Part shown: piece after piece, positions 21,241-32,412 of the stretch
Layout: each line of letters opens with the position of its first letter
How positions within the stretch are numbered: the first letter of the stretch is position 1
From: Octopus bimaculoides
Taxonomy: Eukaryota
Reading direction: 5' to 3'
NCBI RefSeq assembly: GCF_001194135.2
Contig: NC_068983.1
Location: 10,119,484 to 10,163,056, forward strand
Length of the DNA: 43,573 nt
The notes under the pieces: generated by a model
Databases searched by the model: none
What the model was told of the DNA's origin: nothing
The model's input: the letters and a program-made list of their open reading frames with translations, nothing else
Translations under genes and position numbers: made by a program

Positions 21241-21794
21241 CAGGGTGTCCACAAGGTCTGGATACATGGAGTAAATAAAATCATAACATAAACAATTAAA
21301 TATAAGAAATAATACATAACATAAACAATAAAATAGGGGTAGCTTATCCTGTTCAGGCTATATTATTAGCATTATCCTGCGTTTGAGAATTTAAAAATCA
21401 CTTCTTCAACTTTCTAAGACATCTCAACGCTTCTAAAAGCAAACTTCATTTGTTTGTTTACGTTCATCGTAATTTAAATTTAACGTATGATAGCGTCTCA
21501 TAAAGCGAGATTTCTATACATCTTAAATTTGCAGAAGAATGTAGGGTGTGGGTGGTTTAGCTTAATCGGTCTAGTGCTCCGCGACGCGTAATCGCGGAGG
21601 TGTGAGTTCGCGTCTCATAGCTGGTCGCCAACACTTTTTTTCTGCAAAATAGGGGTAGCTTATCCTGTTCAGGCTTTATTATTAGCATTATCCTGCGTTT
21701 GAGAATTTAAAATCACTTCTTTAACTTTATAAGAAATAATAATTTCTTAAAGTATGTGTTAATCCCCATGTACCCAGACTTTGTGGACACTATG
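21241..21794. mobile_element. Tc1/mariner-type MITE with internal 90-bp direct repeats
   Basis: 29-bp TIRs CAGGGTGTCCACAAGGTCTGGATACATGG (25/29 match), TA at 21239-40 and 21795-96. Direct repeats at 21330-21419 and 21646-21734. Confidence 0.9.
21551..21641 (+). ncRNA. tRNA-like Pol III cassette (non-canonical; SINE head or pseudo-tRNA)
   Basis: A-box-like TAGCTTAATCGG; perfect 8-bp stem CTCCGCGA/TCGCGGAG; T-arm GTGAG-TTCGCGT-CTCAT; ends CGCCA followed by T7. Acceptor stem pairs poorly. Confidence 0.55.
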
Positions 21795-21800
21795 TATATA

Positions 21801-21995
21801 AGGCGGTGATCTGGCAGAATCGTCTACACGTTGAAAAAAAATGCTTAGCTGTCACTTTACGTTCTGAGTTAAAATTCCACCGAGGTCAACTTCACCATTC
21901 ATCCCTTCGGGGTTGATAAAATAAAATACCAGTCAGGTACTGGGGGTTGATGTAATCGACTAGATTCTTCCCTTCGAAACGGCTGGCCTTCTGGT
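21801..21995 (+). mobile_element. SINE family B
   Basis: AGGCGGTGATCTGGCAGAATCG..GTTCTGAGTTAAAATTCCACCGAGGTCAAC.. Confidence 0.87.
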
Positions 21996-22110
21996 CAAAC
22001 CAGAATTATAAAAATCAAATAACTCCCGGTCAATCAGGATGTATTTCGAGACTGACTAGTCGCTAAACATCAACAACAACACTATCACGTCAACGGAGGA
22101 GCTTCTACAT

Positions 22111-22260
22111 CAGTCAAGGGCAAACTACGGCCCGCGGGACTTTTTGAATGGCACTCCTAACGAAAAAATTACCTTCAGTTATTTTTGTAGTGCGGTCTTC
22201 CTATTAACGAACCACGTCTCATGCGGCCTTCTTCTCGAAAAAGGTTACTATCCATGCTTG
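22111..22260. mobile_element. hAT(Charlie)-like MITE, degenerate
   Basis: CAGTCAAGGGCAAACTACGGCCCGCGGG...ATGCGGCC..AAAAAGGTT; imperfect 8-bp flanks TTCTACAT/CTCTACTA; same family as 27636-27753. Confidence 0.6.
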
Positions 22261-23204
22261 CTCTACTAGAAATAGCAATCAAATTTACATCATATAGTGC
22301 CCTGCAGTCTTAAACAAGACAGAAAAGATGTCGTATAATGTATTCTGGATGCGTTATGACTTAAAGACGAAATGGGACTTAATAACAGATCTGCAGAATC
22401 AGGTTTGAACTAGGAACTACACACTAACATTACGAACCTACTTAACTATTTTAACCATGACTGGGTAAATGTTTTTGTTGAATATATTTCATATTACCTT
22501 TTTAATATTAAATACCGGAATAGCTTGACCTATAGAGTAGCAGGAAGAGAAGGAGGGTGTCACCAAGGAAAAGGTCACCACTTCTACAATTTAGCTTTCT
22601 GTCAAACTTAACGATGCAATTAAATGGAAATAAAAAAGAATGTTTTAATGCTTTATCTACAGTTAAAAAATACAAGTGTTTTATATATATATATATATAT
22701 ATATACATATATATAGGAGGAAGAGCGATATACATATGATATATGTACACTCATACATGATAAGCATACATACTAAAATGCGCCATATATAATACATATA
22801 TAAATACAGATTATATAACATGTTTGTGCGTGTGTATTTGTGTGTGTGTATTCACACACATAAACATGTTATGTAATATACGTAATACATACATACTTAC
22901 ATACATGATAGAGAAAGTGTTAAATGCGTAAATTGGTCTGTCCGATTTACCTCAACTTTCAACTTTAAATACTTGTGGGTTTGTAAGCAATGTGTTTGTG
23001 GATAGCTAGAGAGAGTGCACAGTTGCTGATGAAGACATCAAAAAGAGACGAAACGTACGGACAGATGTCCCACTTTATCTGTGCGCACACATATTATCAA
23101 ACGAATTATTTACAACCATCGTAAATGAACAATATTGGCAAAAATACCCTACAGACATGTTCTACAGTACATTATAGTATACATGATATATATATTTGCT
23201 TAAA

Positions 23205-23407
23205 GGCGGCGAGCTGGCAGAAACGTTAGCAAGCCGGACGAAATACTTAGCAGTATTTCGTCTATCTTTACGTTCTGAGTTTAAATTCCGCCGAGGTCGA
23301 CTTTGCCTTTCATGCTCGATAAATTAAGTACCAGTTGCGTAGTACGCAACTGGTACTTATTGGCTCCCTCTCCCAAAATTTCGGGCTTTGTGCATAGAGT
23401 AGAAAAG
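23205..23407 (+). mobile_element. SINE family B, full length
   Basis: Complete match to the family consensus. Confidence 0.93.
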
Positions 23408-23729
23408 GGTATATATTTGATTGGGAGCTTAGGCTTCACCGTTAATAACTTCAATCAAAATGGGGCCAGTTTTTTTTTTTTATCTCAAGATAAATTCTTT
23501 TCTCCTTCCCCTCTACCAGTTGTTGTGGCCCACTTTTTAAGATATTAGGTTGTGATTCAAGAATGATTTCTAAAACGGGCGTCAGATTAAGCCAATCACA
23601 GTGGAATTTGAACTCGGAAAATAAGAAGCTAGAATAAACATCACAACGCATCTTATCAGATTAGCTAAATAAAGTACTAATCCATCGCCTTACACTTGTA
23701 CTTGATTTATCGCCCCAGAAAGAACTTTT

Positions 23730-24076
23730 TTTTATCGTTTCAGTCATTGGACTGTGGCCTTGCTGGGGTACAGCCTTGAAGGCTATCAGCCGAACAAATC
23801 GACCTCAGTACTTATTTTCGTTTGGTGACATATTCTATCGATCTCTTTTATCGACGTGCTAATTTACAGGGCTGTAAACAAACCAACAACTGTCAAGCAG
23901 TGGGGAGGCAACACACACACACTAACAAGCTTTCACACAGTTTCCTATCAAATCTTCTCGCAAAGCTACGGTTGGCCCGGGGCTATACTAGAAGACATTT
24001 GTCCAAGGTGCCGCACAGTGGAACAGAACTTGAAACAACTTGGTTGCAGAGCGAAGTTCTTAACCACACAGCCATG
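23730..24076 (-). mobile_element. SINE family A, diverged full copy
   Basis: Tail and head recognisable on the minus strand. Confidence 0.82.
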
Positions 24077-24132
24077 TCAGTAGTGGTTGTGTTACAGTTT
24101 AATCCCAGATCATCTCTGACTAAGCAGACGTC

Positions 24133-24134
<2 letters not shown>

Positions 24135-24196
<62 letters not shown>
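24135..24196. repeat. (AAT)n microsatellite
   Basis: Directly visible. Confidence 0.98.
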
Positions 24197-24532
24197 TAAA
24201 AAAAGCATTTCAACTATCGTCATTTGAAGTAAGATGGTGAACTGACATGGAGATTTGGCTGCTTTTTCTAACGGATCTAGCGATTATCTAGAAAAACTCC
24301 CTCGTTAGCTTTGTATTAAGTGATTCTTTGACCGCACTGTAGGGCCGCCACGTATATCAAGTACACTGACGTGTTGTATCGCTTCCTTATTTGGAAACAC
24401 TGACAGACGCTACTTAAAATGCCCAACAGCTCTCCTTCCCGCCGTACACCTACTTCATGCATAAATGAAGTAGCTATTAACATCGTAATTGAAGATAGAT
24501 CGTGACTCCTCATCCTACTACTACTACTACTT

Positions 24533-24566
<34 letters not shown>

Positions 24567-24694
24567 TACTACTGCTGATGGCGGTGGTGGTAGTGGTGTA
24601 CAGAAGCTACCTTAGATAAAGTTTCTATAACTGCTTCGTTTCCTTAAAAAATACTGGAGCTTTGTCACTTATCTCACAGGTCCTATATTTTTCA

Positions 24695-24821
24695 TGACGT
24701 GATATAGCTGTGTAATAAGAAGCTTGCTTCCCAACCACATGGTTCCGGTTTCAGTCCCACTAGGTGGCACCTAACCAAAGCTTTGTGAGTGGATTTGGTA
24801 GACAAAAACTGAAAGCCCATC

Positions 24822-24857
<36 letters not shown>

Positions 24858-25182
24858 TAAAAGAGTTCCAACTATGTTTTTTATGTTTTATTTATATCCT
24901 TATAAAATTAATGTGAGATATAGAATATGGAATATATAATATAAATAGTAAAATGAAATGAAGTATTGAATGTCTTATTCAATATATGAAATATTGAATA
25001 GTGTGTTTGCCTGCCCACCACCATCGCTTGACAACCGTTGTTGGTGTGTTTACATCTCTGTAACTTAACAGTTCGGCGAAAGAGACAGTGAGTACAAGGG
25101 TTACAAAAAATAAGTCCTGGGTCGATTTCTTCGTCTAAAAACTCTTTAAGGCCCTGTTCCAGCATGGCCGCTGTCAAATGAG
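24695..25182 (+). mobile_element. SINE family A with an expanded AT-rich middle
   Basis: Head ~24695-24825 and tail ~25000-25182, separated by degenerate (TA)-rich sequence. Confidence 0.8.
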
Positions 25183-25792
25183 TCCTGCACTTGGGCTGTT
25201 CGGGCTTAGCCGGAGCATAAATTTAGTAAAGTGAACGTGTATTTGCTTAATTTCTGCCAACACTGACTTCAAGTATGTAATTGCAACCAATAATTCGGGC
25301 TCTCTTTATTGCGCCAAATCGCAATTCATTTATTTTCGCTCAGCGTCTGGCGATCATCCTAGTGATGCCCTATGTCAAGAAATATTCGTAGCAGACGTTC
25401 TCTCGACATCATTCACACGCGCCTGACTCGTGCTCAGAAGTCACAGCCCGAGTTGTTATCTCTAATCGCAAAAATTAAAAGTAATTAAAATTCAATGTTT
25501 TGTTGAAACAACAAATTTCTAAAGAGATTAGGATTTAAATTGTAGAGTTAGAATAGAATAAGGGCGTAAAGAGGTATACTGGGGCCAGTTTTATCAGTTG
25601 ATACTCATGTCTCCGAGATTTCTTCCAGTGAGAAACAATAACTGAGAATTCTAAAGGAATCTTCTAAGTGCTGCTCCAGATTTAAGGGGTGACTTAATGT
25701 GTAAACACCAACAGTTACGCTATACCTGTCAGGGGTAGTGACCCCAGATGTTGTTAGCTTTGAAGGACATTGTATCTAATGCTAATAGAAGA

Positions 25793-25935
25793 CAGTGGCG
25801 TAATTAGGAGGTACCAAGAGGGAAGGTCCGACCCGGGCGTCGAGTTTATAAGGGCGGCACTTTTGAGTCTACTGTATAAGCTTGTATAAAGCTATATAGA
25901 CACCGACTGTGGCATGCACCCTAGCTACGCCATTG
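25793..25935. mobile_element. Harbinger-like MITE
   Basis: TIRs CAGTGGCGTAATTAGG / CCTAGCTACGCCATTG (13/16 match). Confidence 0.78.
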
Positions 25936-26110
25936 ATTGAAGTTCAAGGTCAAGATAATGAAGTACTTCTGAATAACTACACTGATCCACCGAGTGACTG
26001 ACTAATAGCCTGTGGGAGGCGAATCAAAATTACTTTTTGCTCCTTCTTAATATCAAACTTCCTAAACATTCTTATGGTATGTTTCCTTTTCTACCCCTCA
26101 CTCTGTGTGT

Positions 26111-26160
<50 letters not shown>

Positions 26161-26800
26161 AAAGGAAATGAGTTAATTCAATCTTTCCGTATTTAGAAAT
26201 GTCATTGATGAAAGATCTGGGATATACATAGTAAATTCAATGGCCAAATGAACAAGTGGGGGGACGGCAAATTTCGACTTGAATATAATTGACTTACAGT
26301 CTTAATGAATAGCCGCCCTAGCCTAGCTGAGAAACAAACCTTATTCTATTTCCCTTGTTTGTATTTTTAATGGCTTTCTTCGTCGTTTATGTCTGTCCCC
26401 TAGGATTATATTCAATCTTACTGTTTATACGATCCCTTAAAATATAAAACAAAACCCCCTATGCATCATTCTTTTGGCAAAAACTACACAGTAAGCTTTT
26501 TTTTATAGGTCTCACGCCTTATTACTTCCTGTTCACGCCATATTATTTCCGGTTTCTGTACATTTGTTCGTTTTTGTTACAAATTGGATAATGCTAACGA
26601 CTTGGTAAAACTAACTTAAACTGATCTAGCTGAGAATTCTAGTGAAAATAGGTCACCATATTTTGTTAGTATTGTATCTTTATTTTTTTCCCTTTAAGGA
26701 ATGTCGTAGTGAACCTAATCTTCAGCCTCTGGTTCGAATTCCTATAATGACTTACTCTCTTAGTTCACCTGTAAATAGCATAAAAGTCTGTTAAATCAAT

Positions 26801-27187
26801 GTTGTTGTTGGCACTCCGTCGCTTACGACGTCAAGGGTTCCAGTTGATCCGATCAACAAAACAGCCTGCTCGTGAAATTAACGTGCAAGTGGCTGAGCAC
26901 TCCACAGACACGTGTACCCTTAACGTAGTTCTCGGGGTGATTCAGCGTGACACAGTGTGACAAGGCTGACCCTTTGAATTACAGGCACAACAGAAACAGG
27001 AAGTAAGAGTGAGAGAAAGTTGTGGTGGAAGAGTACGGCAGGGTTCGCCATCATCCCCTGCCGGAGCCTCGTGAAGTTTTAGGTGTTTTCGCTCAATAAA
27101 CACTCACAACGCGCCGCCTGGGAATCGAAACCGCGATCCTATGACCGCGAGTCCGCTGCCCTAACCACTGGGCCATTGCGCCTCCAC
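26801..27187 (-). mobile_element. SINE family C, full length, tRNA(Arg)-like head, (CAA)n tail
   Basis: GTGGAGGCGCAATGGCCCAGTGGTTAGGGCAGCGGACTCGCGGTCATAGGATCGCGGTTTCGATTCCCAGG has A/B boxes and TCG at the anticodon position. A 27-bp flanking direct repeat lies at 26774-26800 and 27201-27227. Confidence 0.93.
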
Positions 27188-27635
27188 TCTTATGCTATTT
27201 AATAGCATAAAAGTATCTTAAATCAATATAACTTATGATTCGTTGTTGTATATCTTTATATGCCAATCAATTAAGTCTATTGTTCTAGGTTATGTGATAA
27301 ATTAAATGTAGCATGTCTGTCTTATGGGAGTCTCGTGTGCTCGAGAAAGTTCACCTTGTCGAAGATATATTCTGTGTTGGAAAAATAGTTTATAAGCAGA
27401 ACCAAAATCTATATCTAATGACAAGATAACTAAGGTACCTATTTCCGAGTTAGGTGAATTGTTTAAGATTAACTGGGTAATCAGGAACTTATTCTTAGCG
27501 AGGTGTACTGAAGTCTGAAACCGATCCAGATTGGCAATTATGTGGAATGATGAATGGACTGTGCGATGGCTAACCATACCGATTTGAGCCCTATTTTTGA
27601 CAGCCAGGTAAACTGTAACCTTAAATTCAAGGGTC

Positions 27636-27753
27636 TAGATCAAGGGAAACTTTCTTCGGGGAGCGGGCCGCATGAACAGAGCTCATCATCAAGTGGGCCG
27701 CATTATTAAAAACTTTCAGAAAAGTCTCGTGGTCCACAGTTTGCACATAACTA
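27636..27753. mobile_element. hAT-like MITE inserted in the fossil ORF
   Basis: Ends TAGATCAAGGGAAACT and (reverse-complemented) TAGTTATGTGCAAACT; internal GCGGGCCGCAT; TSD CAAGGGTC/CAAGATTT (5/8). Confidence 0.65.
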
Positions 27754-27926
27754 CAAGATTTATTTGGTGCCTGTCTTTCACAGCTTGGCGAACAGTTTGA
27801 GAGACTGTGGGTTGAGGTTTGATCCCATTGATATAGTAGTTTATTCCTGTTACATAGCTGGACTGTGATCCGAGATTTATTTGAAGGTTATTCTTGGACC
27901 AATTGGCGGACTGGACTGAACTGGTA

Positions 27927-28121
27927 TACTGTTTTGCAAGCACGTGGTCTCCGGTTTAGTCCCACTGTGTGTCTAAATCGCCTACTATAGCCTCGTTCTG
28001 ATCAATGCCTTGTGAATGAATTTGGAGGACGAAAAGTATACGAAGGCCGTCATAGATAATATATATATAGATTATATATATTTCTTTGTTTGTTTGTGTA
28101 TATACATGTGTGTAACAATTA
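27927..28121 (+). mobile_element. SINE family A, old 5'-truncated head with microsatellite end
   Basis: Degenerate match to the head; TSD GACTGAACTGGTA (27914-27926) / GACTGATTTGGAA (28122-28134), 10/13. Confidence 0.72.
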
Positions 28122-29067
28122 GACTGATTTGGAACCGGTTCCTGTGAACTGAAGTTTAACTATTTTCTTCTACTTAAACATGACACTCGGGTAGAATGCT
28201 ATCTTAGAGCTCATCGTATTAGTCTGGTATCTATTCATGACAGAAGGTTTTATGGTTTGAATGTTAACTGGATTGATTGGTACCAATGGCTGAATTTTGC
28301 ATGGACTGATTGGGGGTGATTAATTGACCCATATCAATGTCAGGTACTTATTTTAATGAATTGGTTCAGACGAAATTTGAATTGGAACTAAATAGCGGGA
28401 AAACTAAATATTGTAATATTCGTAGTACAGCGCCCCATTGTCTTATCTCTAGCAACCAAAAGAAAATATATTTTGCGTTATTATCGAAACTAAACATGCG
28501 TGAACTTAAAAGATTTTGACTTTTCTGTGAGTTTGCTTGCTGTGAACATATAAGTGCATGTGAATATATATATATATATATATATATATAACGTAATGTT
28601 TGTCGCCACTTCAACATGGCTATTCCGTTCGAACGGATGTTACTGCGATTTTTTAACCCCAAGAGGGTGTTTCGTTTAGCTGATTAAGGATGCAACCTGC
28701 ATCCGATATATTGCGAGCAGAGGAGCGAACCCCTACCACTTAGCGACAGGACCAGTAGACCAGCTTAGTTTCGGGTTGTTTCTGCTCTCCTCAGTGCTGG
28801 ACACCTCGTCTGCCAGAAATGGCAGTAACTCGCTTCTGTTCACAATATATCTAAATTCAAGCGGCATTCAGCCGCTGATCTTGCAACAAGCAAAGAAGCC
28901 AGTTATAAAATCATCTCTGTAAGAGATTTTATATGAGTGCGTATCTCTTTGTATCTGTAACCGTATATATGAATGCGTTTGTATCTTCTTGTATGCGTAA
29001 CCATATATACGAGTGTGAATGTAACTGAGTGTATATGTGGAAATATATGTACGAATATGTAAACTCT

Positions 29068-29103
<36 letters not shown>

Positions 29104-30104
29104 GAGATGTGTAAACGTGTGTATGTTTGTATGCCTGTGAGTAAACGTGGATGATGCGTATGCTATCATATGTATGTCTTTAGATTAAATGGAAACTTGA
29201 AAATTTCTTTAGTTGTGGAACCCATAAGATAATACTAATAATAACAATAAAGAAAATACTGGTAACAAAGATGGTGGTAAATGCTAGGCAGACTATGAAC
29301 CATCTAACACCAAGCTATGTTATAACATACGACATCAAGCGTTGCTTTTTTAAATGCCACATGTTATGGTATGTATGTATGTATGTATGTATGTAGTTTT
29401 AAAATTAGTGTGCATATTATACGTGTTTGTGTGATGTAAGAATAATTGCAGGACTGCTCGATATCAACAATGCCGAAGGAGGAGCGGTAACAGACACGAG
29501 ATTTTTAAGAGACAGGGACGGAGGAATTGTTAGACTGGTTGTGAGTTACAACGATAACGACGCCTTTTATCGAAGATCCCTAAGGGGACGTCAACGAAAT
29601 GTGCCAGTTTACAAGAGAAATCGAAACCGTACTATTGATACGGGTTTTCAGAGGATGTACCACTGCCGTACATCATAAGTAATACAAAAGAAACCTAATA
29701 CAATGAAGCATGGGAGCTTCTACGTAGACGATCGACCTGCTAGAGATAGCAGCCAAATCTCTCTCAAATCATGCCACTAAGAAGAGATACATTCGATAAT
29801 GTGGTCTTAAAAGGAAGTAAAAGGTTTTTTTAATCATCGACTGCTCAGTCAAGGCTAACTTGTTGCTTAAAAGTAAAAACAACAGCTTGTATTTAGTTTT
29901 CTAAAGTTATGACTTGATATTTGGTTTGGGAGAAAATTTGAGGTGTTGTGTTGTTGATGCCTCTTTCAAGGTTAGTGATCTAAAGGAGATGAAATTGTTA
30001 CAATAGGGAACTAGAAAGAACCCAAATATTTCTAAGTTAGGCCCAAGATTTTGGTCTTTGGGAAGGATATAGACCAATTTATCGACACCAGAATAAACAG
30101 GCAC

Positions 30105-30196
30105 TGACATAGCTATATAGTAAGAAGTTTGCTTCTCAATCACATGGTTTCGGGTTCAGTCTCACTGTGTGGCTTGGGCAAGTATCTTTTACTATA
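30105..30196 (+). mobile_element. SINE family A, partial head
   Basis: TAGTAAGAAGTTTGCTTCTCAATCACATGGTTTCGGGTTCAGTCTCACTG.. Confidence 0.8.
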
Positions 30197-30340
30197 GGAG
30201 GGAGAATTTACGTAAAAACAACAGACGAAGACAGGTGGTATAAACAACAAATGGATGTATTAGTATAACGCTCGGGAATAGAGAAAGTCTTTAACGTTTC
30301 GAGCCTACGCTTTTCAACAGAAAGGAACACAGAAAGAAAC
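30197..30340 (-). mobile_element. Penelope-like terminal fragment with a degenerate minimal hammerhead (30289-30324)
   Basis: Minus strand CUUU CUGUUGA AAAGC-GUAG-GCUC GAAAC GUU AAAG. Confidence 0.55.
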
Positions 30341-31109
30341 TACTATAGCCATTAGATCAGCCATTGGCCTGCTGGGTTAAATAGCAACAACAAGATTGTA
30401 AACCTTGGAATGATGCCATTCGTCTCGCATAATAATAATTCAGTTAAATGATTGGGGGAGGGGGAGAATATGGAAGGGGTGGAGAGTGGAAGTAGCTATT
30501 TCGTTTGTGTGCTCTGTTGTTGTTGTTGTCTTTTCTTGTCTAATATCATTCATTAATACTGTTTCGTGTTGTGACAAGCACAAACTTACAGAGAGAGAGA
30601 GAGAGAGAGAGAGAAATAAATATACAAATAAATCCAAAGGAAACTAAAATATAAAAATAAAAACACTCGAAAAACAAGACAAAGCAAAATGAGCTCTGTC
30701 ATCGTCGTCGTTTGACTTTGATATCTTGGTGGAGACAGTGAACGTAATGTAATTCATTGAATTAAAAGAAATTATTTCCTAATTAGGCACGAAACTTTAG
30801 AGTTATGGGAAAAGAGGAATTTGGAATTTGCTTAGAGACGTTGATTTATGTGAAAAATCTGTTCTTTGATGATAAGAATAGCAAATAATAATAACAACAA
30901 CAATAATTACAGAAAAGAAGGAGTCAAGATGATGATCGAAACGATGTCGGGGAAAGGGACAGTTATAAGGATGACGACGACGACGATGAGGATGTTGGCA
31001 ACAACGGGGATGCTTGTGATGGTGACGACGCCGATGACAGGGACGCTAATGACGAGGATGTTGACAACGACAGGGACGTTTGTGATGATGACGGGGACGC
31101 TGATGAGGA

Positions 31110-31112
31110 TGA

Positions 31113-31155
<43 letters not shown>

Positions 31156-31156
31156 A
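31110..31156. repeat. (TATC)n microsatellite
   Basis: Directly visible. Confidence 0.97.
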
Positions 31157-31158
31157 TA

Positions 31159-31381
31159 CTCTTTTACTTGTTTCAGTCATTTTTTACTGTAGCCATGCTG
31201 GAGCACCGCCTTTAGTCAAGCAAATCGACCCCAGGACTTATTTTTTGTAAGCCTAGTACTTGATTCTATCGGTCTCTTTTGCCGAACCGCTATGTTACGG
31301 GGACGTTAACACACCAGCATCGGTTGTCAAGCGATGTTGGGGGGACAAACACACACACAAACATAAACACACACACACACA
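31159..31381 (-). mobile_element. SINE family A, tail, running into a gap
   Basis: Close match to the tails of 7803 and 36293. Confidence 0.92.
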
Positions 31382-32373
31382 NNNNNNNNNNNNNNNNNNN
31401 NNNNNNNNNNNNNNNNNNNNNNNNNNNNNNNNNNNNNNNNNNNNNNNNNNNNNNNNNNNNNNNNNNNNNNNNNNNNNNNNNNNNNNNNNNNNNNNNNNNN
31501 NNNNNNNNNNNNNNNNNNNNNNNNNNNNNNNNNNNNNNNNNNNNNNNNNNNNNNNNNNNNNNNNNNNNNNNNNNNNNNNNNNNNNNNNNNNNNNNNNNNN
31601 NNNNNNNNNNNNNNNNNNNNNNNNNTGTATATATATATATATATATATATAAGAAAGCGGTATTTAGTCCAATGATCAAACGATCTTACTTACTCAGTAT
31701 CGAGGGATTCTAACTACTGTTACCATTGGTTGGTCAGTTTTGTATGGTGATTGTAGAAAAGAACACAAGGATAAGAAACCATCAACTAATTGAACCTAAA
31801 CGTTGAAATGAAACCTCGACCAGGCTAAGGTTCCAATTGACAGTAAACAGAGACCAAGTTATTTGGTGGAAGTTTACGCCAAGAAACATCTACAAAGTTC
31901 GTGAGTTCAGATAAAACAGAGCCTGACAGTATTTACATATCAAAGAATAAAACACCTGATGATGACTGGCAATCAACCGATCGAAAGAAGAGATTAATAG
32001 CCTGAATGAAGAAAAGATTAAGAGCTTGAAATTGTACAAGTTTAACGGGGATGTAATTAACTGAGGCATTTAGATATTAATCACATTTAGATATTGAAGT
32101 AACAAGGATACTACTTTCGCTCTTCGAGGGCATTGACAAGATCTACATGTTTTGCAACACGAAATGGAGGAAGAAGATTAAATACAATACAGCGAAACAG
32201 AGAAAACAAGTGTCCCGGAATGAAACCTGACATGTAGAACAGAGAATTCTTTTGCCTTCTGTTGGATTCTGCTTACCAAATTTCTGCTGACGCATTCGAA
32301 GTTTTTGCTGGCTAATTTACATATCCAAACAGGCCCGCTGCAAATTTATGTATATGTACGCATGTATGTGTGC

Positions 32374-32412
<39 letters not shown>

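Larger units (their letters stand above)
27302..28319 (-). pseudogene. Fossil ~227-codon reading frame split by a MITE and a SINE; beta-strand-like, identity unresolved (cadherin- or FN3-like motifs by eye)
   Basis: Removing 27636-27753 plus one 8-bp TSD, and 27927-28121 plus one 13-bp TSD, gives one frame with a single internal stop. Confidence 0.65.

Noticed and set aside
21551-21630. Functional tRNA-Thr(CGT) gene
   Set aside because: The acceptor stem pairs poorly, position 33 is not U, the anticodon arm is over-long and the T-loop is TTCGCGT; kept only as tRNA-like.
28686-28765. tRNA-like sequence on the minus strand
   Set aside because: Only a loose A-box and a GGATGCA/TGCATCC hairpin; no cloverleaf or proper B-box.
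31955-32000. Hammerhead-like CTGATGA...GAAA
   Set aside because: Stem II is plausible, but stems I and III and the NUH site cannot be formed.
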